DNA of 63,609 nucleotides from a virus (lineage: Duplodnaviria; Caudoviricetes): positions 1-63,609 of IMG/VR virus record IMGVR_UViG_3300037461_000542; one strand, 5' to 3'. Shown in pieces: positions 9,024-17,409 of the stretch. The notes under the pieces are model-generated. The model did no database searches, was not told where the DNA came from, and saw only the letters and a list, made by a program, of their open reading frames with translations. The number at the start of each line of letters is the position of its first letter. Position 1 is the first letter of the stretch. A program made the translations under genes and the position numbers.

Positions 9024-9374
9024 ATGGAAAACAAACACGGTCTCGTCGCTCATCCCACATTTTGGAAGTTGAGTGATGAATACATCTCAAAACAGTACGA
9101 GGGGTGAGGCCCAGGTAAATTTGGGGACAAGGTTGTTCCAGATACTTTCTACGGTCTTTCTGTTAAGGTGGCTTGACAGATCCACGATCATGATTATGAG
9201 GTGGGTCGCACCTTACAGGAAAAGATGGAAGCTGATTGTAGATTGTTGCACAATCTCTACATAATGATTCAGAGTGAACCCACCAATTGGCTTACATCTC
9301 TTCGTTATGAAAGGGCAATTAATTATTACGAAATGGTTTCGATATTTGGACGGGGAGCGTTCTTCAAAGATTAG
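9024..9374 (+). CDS. Phospholipase A2-like protein with two in-frame UGA codons (candidate selenoprotein, Sec28 and Sec51)
   Basis: MENKHGLVAHPTFWKLSDEYISKQYEG[U]GPGKFGDKVVPDTFYGLSVKVA[U]QIHDHDYEVGRTLQEKMEADCRLLHNL...AINYYEMVSIFGRGAFFKD. TGA at 9105 and 9174 lie at the Cys positions of the G-C-G-P-G and A-C-x-x-H-D-x-x-Y motifs. The frame fills the gap between the holin-like gene and terL. Confidence 0.8.
9120..9142 (+). promoter_or_regulatory. SECIS-like hairpin 1
   Basis: TTT(G)GGGACA-AGGT-TGTTCCAGA. The AGGU loop begins after a 22-nt spacer from UGA 9105-9107. Confidence 0.6.
9197..9215 (+). promoter_or_regulatory. SECIS-like hairpin 2
   Basis: TGAGGTG-GGTCG-CACCTTA, a 7-bp stem. The GGUCG loop begins after a 27-nt spacer from UGA 9174-9176. 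Confidence 0.65.
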
Positions 9375-9382
9375 GGGGATCT

Positions 9383-10993
9383 ATGGGAGTTACTGAACGT
9401 CAGATTTTAGAATTGACTTCAGCGTTAGATTGTTTCACATGGCTTACTCAGAACAATATAACGCTGTCTCATGGCCCCTGGAGATTGAAGGGACATGAAT
9501 ATCAACTGGCTTGGTTACAGGAAACTGCAAAGGAACAATGTTTTATTAAAGGCGCTCAGACAGGATGCACTGAAGCATTGGTTCTTCGAACCTTACATGG
9601 TATGATCTACCAGCATTATCCGCAGGGAGCTGTATATCTATTCCCAACACGAGATGATGTCAAGGATTTCTCGAAGGCACGGTTTGATCCTCTGATTGCT
9701 GGCAACGGTTGTATTTCCAACCATGTTCAAAACACAGATGCAACAAACATTAAACAGATAGGTCGTGCGTTTCTTTATCTTCGTGGTGCTCGTATCACAA
9801 AGAATATTTCAGGAGCCAAGAAGAGTTCATCTCAATTGAAATCAATTCCAGTAGATCGTGTGGTCTTCGACGAACGAGATGAGATGGACGATTCGATGGT
9901 AGAGTTGGCGAGGGAACGTGTATCCCATTCGGATGTTCAAGAAATTATCTCCCTTGGTACACCTACTATTCCAGACTATGGAATTGATAAGATGTATCAG
10001 GAATCGGATCAACGAGTATGGATGATTCGGTGTGAGAAGTGCAACAAGTTTACTTGTCTTGAACTGGAATTTCCAACCTGTATAATGCGAAGACCCGATG
10101 GAGAAGCGTATCGTGGATGTGTTCATTGTCAGGAAGAGATATTTCCACACAACGGACAATGGGTTCCACAGTATCCTGGAAGAGAAAAGGTAGGTTGGTG
10201 GATTTCACAACTGAATTCATTGTACGTTAAACCTGGGTACATTCTCGATCTATACGAAGACCCACCCAATGGGGATCTCTCAGAAGTAATGAACTCCAAG
10301 TTGGGTCGAGCCTACATACCAGCAGAAAATAGATTGACCTCTGCTGAAGTCTACGCTTGTTGTGGTAAGGATCCAATGTTAATGAAGCACGATGGTCCTT
10401 GTGGTATGGGTGTTGATGTTGGGAGGGAACTCCACGTTACGATTGGATACAGAACCAGTAGAAGAAATGTTAAGATAATCTACATAGGTCGAGTATCTTC
10501 TTTTACAGACCTACACGATCTCGGTAAAAGGTATGGAGTTAGGAGTTCTGTAATAGATCTGAAACCCGAGACAAGAAAGGTGAGGGACTTCCAAACTTCT
10601 GAACCATACTCGATTTTTGGGTGTGACTACGTAGAAACCAGAACTGGTATGACGGCGTGGGATGAGAAAGAACGGGTTATTAAATGCAACCGCACAGAGA
10701 TCTGCGATATGTCCCATGATCTTGTTACTGAACCGGGGAGATTGGAACTACCTCGTAGAAACACAGAAATTGATCAGTACGTGAGGGAGATGTGCAACAT
10801 CGCAAAGGTGTTGGAAGAAGATATGGACACGGGCAATCGTGTGTATCGCTACAAAAAATTAGGCCCGGATCACTATCGACACTCTACTAACTATTTATTG
10901 TTGGCTTGTGATAGAATAGGATCCGTCAACGATAGTAAACTAATTGGACTTTATTATGATCGCCGTAGACGGCGTAACTTTATGACTGCATAA
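9383..10993 (+). CDS. terL: Terminase large subunit, lambda GpA-like
   Basis: Walker A-like KGAQTGCTE, Walker B VVFDERDEM, coupling motif LGTPT, Zn site CEKC..CVHC, nuclease motifs GMGVDVG and DHYRHS. Confidence 0.9.
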   Translation: MGVTERQILELTSALDCFTWLTQNNITLSHGPWRLKGHEYQLAWLQETAKEQCFIKGAQTGCTEALVLRTLHGMIYQHYPQGAVYLFPTRDDVKDFSKARFDPLIAGNGCISNHVQNTDATNIKQIGRAFLYLRGARITKNISGAKKSSSQLKSIPVDRVVFDERDEMDDSMVELARERVSHSDVQEIISLGTPTIPDYGIDKMYQESDQRVWMIRCEKCNKFTCLELEFPTCIMRRPDGEAYRGCVHCQEEIFPHNGQWVPQYPGREKVGWWISQLNSLYVKPGYILDLYEDPPNGDLSEVMNSKLGRAYIPAENRLTSAEVYACCGKDPMLMKHDGPCGMGVDVGRELHVTIGYRTSRRNVKIIYIGRVSSFTDLHDLGKRYGVRSSVIDLKPETRKVRDFQTSEPYSIFGCDYVETRTGMTAWDEKERVIKCNRTEICDMSHDLVTEPGRLELPRRNTEIDQYVREMCNIAKVLEEDMDTGNRVYRYKKLGPDHYRHSTNYLLLACDRIGSVNDSKLIGLYYDRRRRRNFMTA

Positions 10994-11014
10994 AGATAAT
11001 GGGAGGAGTTTGTT

Positions 11015-11506
11015 ATGCCTACGATTCATTTTATTTCTGGGGATAAACTTGTGGTAGACCCAGAGGAATTTAAAGCTGTTAATGCTCGTATGATTTTTGG
11101 TGGAACCAAGTTTGTTCGTCTCAAAAGTGGAGATTTGGTTTCTTTAAACAGCACGACAATCGAATATATTTCTATGGAAGACATGCCCACTCCTGCTCCT
11201 GCACCCGCTCCTGAACCTGTAGTTGAAGAACAGGTTACTAAATCTGAAGAGATTATCCAGAAGGTGGAGGAAATTAAAGCTACAGCGCAGGACAAACAGA
11301 AAGAATTCATCAATGAGATGATAGCAAAATCTTCTTGCACACATCAGCCCGACCAACTCATCGTTATGAAGTCTGGTGGTAAGAAGGGATTGCGATATTT
11401 TAAAGTTTGTTCTTTCTGCGGATGGCGTGATCGTTTTATGAAAGAGAATTTGCTTACAGAGGAAGAGAAAGAGAACGCACCGTTCTATCAGGGTCAGGAG
11501 ATCTAA
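11015..11506 (+). CDS. Hypothetical protein with C-terminal CxH..CxxC site
   Basis: RBS GGAGGAG, PAPAPAP linker, CTH...CSFC. Confidence 0.7.
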   Translation: MPTIHFISGDKLVVDPEEFKAVNARMIFGGTKFVRLKSGDLVSLNSTTIEYISMEDMPTPAPAPAPEPVVEEQVTKSEEIIQKVEEIKATAQDKQKEFINEMIAKSSCTHQPDQLIVMKSGGKKGLRYFKVCSFCGWRDRFMKENLLTEEEKENAPFYQGQEI

Positions 11507-13633
11507 ATGTTTGAGGGATTGATAAAATCTAAAAAACTGGACAAAGCCAAGGAATTATTTACCGAGGCTGTATCTGCTGATAGAACGTGGCAGAAAGAGG
11601 CGAGAGAAGATTTCGCATTCAGGGATGGATTCCAGTGGACCTCCAATGAACGTAGATTGTTGCAAGATGAGATGCGTCCATGTCTTACCTTCAATCTAAC
11701 TAAATCAAGTATTGATCTTATTATGGGTATGAACGAAGATAATAGGATTGAATACAAATGCGGACCAGTTGATCGGACAGATGGATTTCTTTGTGATGTC
11801 CTCAACGATCTTGCATATTGGTTGCAGCAGAACAATAGATTTGGTGATGAAGAAGACGATGCTCTTGAGTCGGCAGCTACGGCTGGTCGTGGTTATGTAG
11901 CCATTGATTTTGCCCCAGATCCTAAAAGGTTCGGGGACATTATCATGCAGGAAATCAACGTACCTGTTCATGAAGTTCACTTCGATCCCTCTGCAAGAAA
12001 ACGAGACTTGTCCGATGCATCCTACATTTTTTGGGATCGTTGGCTTTCTGTAGCAGATTTTCGAGTAAAGTATCCCAAGATCAAGAAGAAACAGATAGAG
12101 GATTTTATAGCTGGATCGGCAGGATCGAAGGATCCTTGGAGTGCGGCTACTCCATTTGATGCTGATGCCATGAATCGTGATACTCGTGGTGTTGACTATG
12201 CATCAGACACGACAGACTATAACACTCCCCTTGATTCTGAATTCTATGATCGCAGTAAGAATATGATTCGTGTTGTTCAGATGGAATACTGGGATGTGTT
12301 TAAACGTAACTACGTATTTTATCCCAAGGACAAACAGTGGATAGAGATTACTGGAATTCCCCTGAAAGAAGCTGAAGCTGCTTTCATGGAAGATTTTCCT
12401 GGTCAGCAGTTCATGGTTGAGACCATGATGGATAAGAAGGTTAAGTGGATGCAGTTCACTGGGGATGACATCCTCTTTGAAGGTGATTCTCCACTTCCGT
12501 ATCCTGGGTTCTCGATCTGTCCTACATTTGTTTACGCAGATGCTTCGAAGCGTACAGCGAATCATTATGGGATTGTCAGACTGATTAAAGATCCTCAACG
12601 AGAGGTCAACAAGAGATGGTCGCAAGCGTTGCATCTCTTGAACCAACAGGCTCAGCCGGGGGTCTACGCAGAAACAGATGCCTTTGTAGATGTGAAACAG
12701 GCTGAAGCATCGTTGAAAGAAGCTGGTAGCATCACTTGGGTAAATCCAGGTGCTATGAATAACAAAATTAAAGAGCGAACGGTGCCTCGATTTCCAGATG
12801 CTCCCATGCAGATGGAGCAGTTTTCTCAGGAAATCATTAAAAAGATTACAGGTATCAACCCAGATCTTTTGGGGCAAGACAGAGGGCGGCAAGAACCGGG
12901 AGTGGTTATCCGACTCCGACAACAGCAGGGCTTGGTGTTGCTTAAGCCCCTCTTTAAATCGTTCAACAATATGAAGCGCGATCTGTTCATGAGACAACTC
13001 GCTGTCATTATGGAATATATGCCTGATTCCCAGATTCTCCGTATTCTTGGAGAGACTGATCGTTATGCAATAGATCCCAACACTGGTATTATTACCGACA
13101 AGATGACTGAGAGACAGGCTAACATTCGAGAGATCAAGAACATCCAGTATAATGTTATAGCTGAAGAGAGTGCTGGCAATATGACGAAACGGATGTTGGA
13201 GCTTACAGCTCTTCTTGAAATGCAGAAGGGCGGGTTCCCTGTCGAACCGTCTCAGATCATCGAGAAGATGTCCATACCTGACCAGGATAAGCAACGATGG
13301 ATGCAGTATATCCAGAGTCAGCAGGAATCCCAGGCTCAGGCTGCTCAGGAACAGTTCCAGGCACAGATGCAGATTGAAGCTGGTAAATTGTCGGCTCAGG
13401 ATAAAGCTACTGTCCTGAACTTCCTGGCGCAAATTACGAAGGTAAAGCAACAGCAGCGTAAAGACGACATTAAGGTGGCGCAGACTGCTGCAACATTGAA
13501 CCAGCAAGATCGACAGATGAGAGCTGGTCTCATGACAGACATTTTGAAGCTGGCTAAAGAATACAGTTCTGAACAATTGGCTGCTACACAATCGGAAGGA
13601 GAAGTTAATGGGGGCGCTCAAGCCGAACAATGA
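11507..13633 (+). CDS. Portal protein (P22-like)
   Basis: EAREDFAFRDGFQW...RPCLTFNL, YGIVRLIKDPQREVNKRWS, Gln-rich coiled C-terminus; located after terL. Confidence 0.9.
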   Translation: MFEGLIKSKKLDKAKELFTEAVSADRTWQKEAREDFAFRDGFQWTSNERRLLQDEMRPCLTFNLTKSSIDLIMGMNEDNRIEYKCGPVDRTDGFLCDVLNDLAYWLQQNNRFGDEEDDALESAATAGRGYVAIDFAPDPKRFGDIIMQEINVPVHEVHFDPSARKRDLSDASYIFWDRWLSVADFRVKYPKIKKKQIEDFIAGSAGSKDPWSAATPFDADAMNRDTRGVDYASDTTDYNTPLDSEFYDRSKNMIRVVQMEYWDVFKRNYVFYPKDKQWIEITGIPLKEAEAAFMEDFPGQQFMVETMMDKKVKWMQFTGDDILFEGDSPLPYPGFSICPTFVYADASKRTANHYGIVRLIKDPQREVNKRWSQALHLLNQQAQPGVYAETDAFVDVKQAEASLKEAGSITWVNPGAMNNKIKERTVPRFPDAPMQMEQFSQEIIKKITGINPDLLGQDRGRQEPGVVIRLRQQQGLVLLKPLFKSFNNMKRDLFMRQLAVIMEYMPDSQILRILGETDRYAIDPNTGIITDKMTERQANIREIKNIQYNVIAEESAGNMTKRMLELTALLEMQKGGFPVEPSQIIEKMSIPDQDKQRWMQYIQSQQESQAQAAQEQFQAQMQIEAGKLSAQDKATVLNFLAQITKVKQQQRKDDIKVAQTAATLNQQDRQMRAGLMTDILKLAKEYSSEQLAATQSEGEVNGGAQAEQ

Positions 13634-13793
13634 TAAGTACCGCAAGTTGTGGAAAATCTGGGGAAAGAATATGAATCCCTCGGAAGAATATGTGATCAAC
13701 TACGACAAGGTTCATTGGGGAGAAGGAACTAAGAAAGTAGTTGTAGAAAATCAAAAGTTAGCAAACCACTACATTATACACTTTGAGAGGTAG
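13608..13793 (+). CDS. Small hypothetical protein
   Basis: RBS AAGGAG before ATG 13608. Confidence 0.5.
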   Translation: MGALKPNNDKYRKLWKIWGKNMNPSEEYVINYDKVHWGEGTKKVVVENQKLANHYIIHFER

Positions 13794-13821
13794 TGCTCTC
13801 CCCCCACTACCACTCAAACCT

Positions 13822-13848
13822 CGGGAGAGGGGCTTCGGCCCCCTCCCG
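13822..13848 (+). terminator. cUUCGg hairpin upstream of the scaffold gene
   Basis: CGGGAG(A)GGGGC-TTCG-GCCCCCTCCCG with only a weak U-tail. Confidence 0.5.
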
Positions 13849-13868
13849 TTAAATCAGGAGGAGTTATT

Positions 13869-14798
13869 ATGGGCGACACAGAGTTTATTGATGATTTGAT
13901 GGAAGAGCAGGGAGAAGGTACTGGTGAAACAGAGCCAGCCGAGAAAGTAGAAGAGGTCGTAGAGACCGCGCTATCCAAGCGAGAAAAAGGATTCTACCAA
14001 GAGATGCGTGCTGAACGCGCAAAGCGTCAAGAAATCCAGAGTCAGTTGGATAAGTTGAGTGGCACGGTCAGGGCAATTCTGGAAACCAAAGCACAAGCTG
14101 CTTCTGCGCTTCCTGAGGGCGGTAAGAAATTCCAAGGAATTCCTATCGCTGAAACTGAAGAGGGGGATCTTTATCTCCCCGAGGATCACATAGCCAAGAT
14201 CCTTGAACCCTATCAAAGAAAGATTGAAACTCTGGAGGGCTATCTCCAGCAAACCAACCAGTCAAGGAATACCGAGACCGAAGCGGCAAAGGTAATCCAG
14301 GCTATCGTTGGTGAGGACGAGTCGTATACTCCGGCGTATCAAAAGTATACAGCGGCTCGAAAATTTGTAGAAGACAAGGTGATAGAATTTCAACGGGAAA
14401 ATGGAGTTCGTGGTAAAATGACTCCTGGGCAGGCTCTTGACTATGTGTTTGATGAGCAGGCCGAGAAAGAGTTCTCCTTAAAATTCCCCGGACTACCGTT
14501 GGACGAGATTGTACAGGCAGAAGATTCACAGCGCAACTTCCGTAGGATGTTGAAGAGCGTGTCTAAAGTAACTGCCGACTCTCGTGAAACTCCACCTGTA
14601 GGGGCCAAGTTCAAGAAACTGTTATCGAAACCCTCTGGTCTTGGACAGACTCCTAACGCCAAAGCTGGGCACATGAATGTTTCCGAAAAGGTTGGGTCTC
14701 TTTCACCCGACGATATTTTCAATCTGAACGACGCACAGATAAGAGCGTTGGAAGCAGCTCTCGCCCAGGAAGAAAGAGAAGGAGGGGTTAATTTCTAA
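13869..14798 (+). CDS. Scaffolding protein
   Basis: Acidic N-terminus, coiled coil; located between portal and capsid. Confidence 0.75.
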   Translation: MGDTEFIDDLMEEQGEGTGETEPAEKVEEVVETALSKREKGFYQEMRAERAKRQEIQSQLDKLSGTVRAILETKAQAASALPEGGKKFQGIPIAETEEGDLYLPEDHIAKILEPYQRKIETLEGYLQQTNQSRNTETEAAKVIQAIVGEDESYTPAYQKYTAARKFVEDKVIEFQRENGVRGKMTPGQALDYVFDEQAEKEFSLKFPGLPLDEIVQAEDSQRNFRRMLKSVSKVTADSRETPPVGAKFKKLLSKPSGLGQTPNAKAGHMNVSEKVGSLSPDDIFNLNDAQIRALEAALAQEEREGGVNF

Positions 14799-14824
14799 CC
14801 TAACATTCCTGGAGGAATTTTATT

Positions 14825-15018
14825 ATGGCCGTTACTAGTTTCGGGACCAACGACGCGCAAACAGTGAAAATCTGGAGCGCACTAACTATGCGGGATATGC
14901 TGAAATCCACCCTGATCTACAAGTTTCTTGGGACGGGGAAGGATGCTATTATTCAGCGTCTCACGGATCTTGAAAAGACCGCTGGTGATACCATTAAGTA
15001 CGACCTGCTCATGCAGAT
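14825..15018 (+). CDS. Major capsid protein (N4-gp56/DUF4043-like), exon 1
   Basis: MAVTSFGTNDAQTVKIWS...DLEKTAGDTIKYDLLMQ. RBS GGAGGA. Ends on U (AT|) at the 5' splice site. Confidence 0.9.
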
Positions 15019-15311
15019 GTGCTAACTCTCGTCTGCCCACTAACTGATAGGAGATTTATGGAAGTAAAAGATCAGGAAGTTTGGAAAACAACCGGAAGAA
15101 TTGCTGGGACACCCTAACGTATAGTCGAGGGCAATCAGCAGCCGATCCTCTGAAAGATTATAAAAGTAAGAGGCAGGTTCACAGACTAATCCCTGAGATA
15201 AATCAATCAATAATGGGAACACGAGTATCCGGGCCGAAAGGTAAGATATAGTCGGAACTTTAAGGAAACTTAAAGAAGTAAAATTTAAATAATTTTACGA
15301 TAACATATTTG
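15019..15311 (+). ncRNA. Group I self-splicing intron (293 nt, no full-length ORF)
   Basis: Core elements P AATTGCTGGGA (15099), Q AATCAGCAG (15133), R GTTCACAGACTA (15177), S AAGATATAGTC (15243). P1 GCAGAU/GUCUGC with U.G at 15018/15031, P3 CCGGA/TCCGG, P8 GCC-GAAA-GGT, P9 CTTTAAG-GAAA-CTTAAAG, terminal G at 15311. Confidence 0.93.
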
Positions 15312-16209
15312 GAGTGGTGCAGGTGTCACAGGCGATAATCGTATGCGCGACTTTGAAGAGGCTCTGGTGTACTACCAGGATTCTGTCGCCATTGACCAGC
15401 TTCGGAATGCTCACGCTTTCCGGCGTATGAGTCAACAGAGGACTCTGCACGACATGCGTATGGATGCCAAGACGAACCTTGCTGATTGGTTCGCTGGTAA
15501 GCTCGACGAGTATATGTTCCGTTATCTTTGTGGTGATACCACGATTAGCCATGCCAATACCGGCACGGCTCCCGATTCCACTCACTACATTATGTCTGGT
15601 GATGTGGCGCAGGGTACTGTTCTTGCCACGCAGGAAGCTTCGCTGGGTTCCAACGATCAGATTTCTTTGGCTGATTTGGACTACGCGAAAGAGACTGCTA
15701 AAACCCTGTCCCCCATGATTCGCCCCGCGATGATTGATGGTCAGGAATACTATGTTGTCGTCATGCATCCGTACTCTGTGACGGATCTGCGTCTTGACAT
15801 CGCCAACAGTGCCTACGTTGATTGGCCCACCATTCAACTGTATGCTAACAAGAGAGGTCTTGACAATCCTTTGTTCACTGGCGCTCTTGGTGTGTACAAT
15901 GGCATGATCATGTTTGAGAGCACCCGTATCGTTAGCTCTTCCTATGCGGCTACTGCCAACACTGTTCGTCGTAATCTGTTCCTCGGCGCTCAGGCTGGTG
16001 TGTTCGCTCAGGGCAACGCCTACGATTCTCTTGAGCAGGGTCGTGTTGGTAAGGACAATCTCATGTCCTGGTATGAGGAGACCGATGATTACGGCAATGA
16101 GAAGGGTATCGCCGTCGGTTGTATCTTTGGGATGAAGGCCACTCGCTTTAACTCCAAGGACTTCGGCAAGATCGTCATTTCGTCTTACTCTGCTACGCAT
16201 CAGGCGTAA
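15312..16209 (+). CDS. Major capsid protein, exon 2 (spliced product 363 aa)
   Basis: Splicing gives ...LLMQMSGAGVTGDNRMRDFEEAL. Motifs IDQLRNA, YYVVVMHPY, NPLFTGALGVYNG, FLGAQAG, DYGN. Confidence 0.9.
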
Positions 16210-16306
16210 CTTATAATCTCGCTCGGAGGAGCGTGTAGGCATTCATCGTAAGGTGCCGTTGCTCCTCCGAAGCATTTAAAGGGGATCGTAACCCCAAGGA
16301 GATACT

Positions 16307-17101
16307 ATGGCTGCTGGTCTTAATTTTAAATTCACGACTTCTTCTGGTGAGACTATCGACCTCACCTCTACTGCCACCAACCCGGATGCGGTTCCTACCG
16401 CTACTCCCCGTGAGGGTGGGTTTGTTCTTCGCAATCGTTGGAATTGTAACAACCTCTCCGCTGCCAACAAACAGACGTTCGGCCCTTTCTCGGCGTCTAT
16501 CACGGCTTCTGCGAAGAGTGCCAACATTATCAAGGTTCTGAAAGTTCCTGAGAGAACTTTGGTGAAGGCTCCTGTTGAGGTATTTGCTGTGGCGTCTGAA
16601 ACTATTCCCGGTCACGCCACCCTTGGAGCTGCTACGAAAGCGTCTTTGAACTCTGCTGGTGCTGCTGGTGTTCTCGGCTTCACCGCTTTGGCGTATAAGA
16701 CTCCTTCTCATGTTGCTGCGTCTACTGTTCGTTTTGTTGGAACGACTCTCAACGGGCAGACTGTCACTGCTGGTTGTGCTCTTGGTGGAGTTCCCATTGC
16801 CAAATTTGATTCGCATGGTGGTGGGTTCGATACGGGTCTTGTTGAGGCGGTTGATGCATCCATGACCGCTCCGGCTCTTGGAATGGTTAATGCAGCGGCT
16901 AATGCTGCGTCGGCGAAATACACCGCTGTTACGGGTTTGTATTTCCCGTATGGTGGTTACGTTACTATGACTCTTGGCCCCAACAACACCGCATTGGGTG
17001 CAATGGCTTCGTCCAAGGGTGCTTCTCAGGCGAAAGGTCTGTATGGCTACATGACCGGCACTTGGGAAGTTCAGGCTGATTGTCAGTACGTGCCTGAGTG
17101 A
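16307..17101 (+). CDS. Probable capsid decoration / minor structural protein
   Basis: Ala/Gly/Thr-rich, directly after the capsid gene, RBS AAGGAG. Confidence 0.6.
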   Translation: MAAGLNFKFTTSSGETIDLTSTATNPDAVPTATPREGGFVLRNRWNCNNLSAANKQTFGPFSASITASAKSANIIKVLKVPERTLVKAPVEVFAVASETIPGHATLGAATKASLNSAGAAGVLGFTALAYKTPSHVAASTVRFVGTTLNGQTVTAGCALGGVPIAKFDSHGGGFDTGLVEAVDASMTAPALGMVNAAANAASAKYTAVTGLYFPYGGYVTMTLGPNNTALGAMASSKGASQAKGLYGYMTGTWEVQADCQYVPE

Positions 17102-17114
17102 TCAATGATTGTTG

Positions 17115-17140
17115 AAAGAGGGGCTTCGGCCCCTCTTTTC
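17115..17140 (+). terminator. Rho-independent terminator, cUUCGg loop
   Basis: AAAGAGGGGC-TTCG-GCCCCTCTTTTC after the capsid operon. Confidence 0.75.
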
Positions 17141-17152
17141 AAGGGAGAGAAT

Positions 17153-17392
17153 ATGATTGCGATGCTTGATCGCCACAGTTATATTGATGTGGATAAGATA
17201 GATTGTATCAGTGGGGACTACAGATCTGAGAAAGAAAGTGAATGGGTTACAACTGTTCTCATTGGTGGGTTCTCATTGGAGTACAAGGGTCAAATGGGGA
17301 GAGAGATAATGAATGCGTATGAGTGGAAGTTTAAAACCTCCACCTACGATTTTATCACAGGGTCGTCCACCTATAAACGGGCGATAAAGTAA
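17153..17392 (+). CDS. Hypothetical protein
   Basis: ATG 17153 after AAGGGAGAG, downstream of the hairpin. Confidence 0.6.
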   Translation: MIAMLDRHSYIDVDKIDCISGDYRSEKESEWVTTVLIGGFSLEYKGQMGREIMNAYEWKFKTSTYDFITGSSTYKRAIK

Positions 17393-17409
17393 CGGAAGAG
17401 GGGGAAAAC

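Noticed and set aside
9073-9264. 63-aa ORF from the track
   Set aside because: Off-frame shadow of the PLA2-like gene, with no motif.
9024-9374. Simple pseudogene or sequencing error
   Set aside because: Disfavoured but not excluded. The only two lesions are both TGA, both at motif Cys sites and both followed by hairpins, with catalytic residues intact. Cys insertion at UGA by a special tRNA remains an alternative to Sec.
12203-13699. Long antisense ORFs (also 15295..16242, 33784..34542, 59541..60269)
   Set aside because: They mirror well-supported genes on the other strand and show no motifs.
14825-16209. Capsid gene split by frameshift or into two genes
   Set aside because: The 293-nt insert has full group I intron hallmarks, and its removal restores the frame precisely.
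17099-17392. In-frame TGA readthrough from 16307..17101 into 17105..17392
   Set aside because: The following hairpin is a cUUCGg terminator with a U-tract, there is no Cys-motif context, and the downstream gene has its own RBS before 17153.
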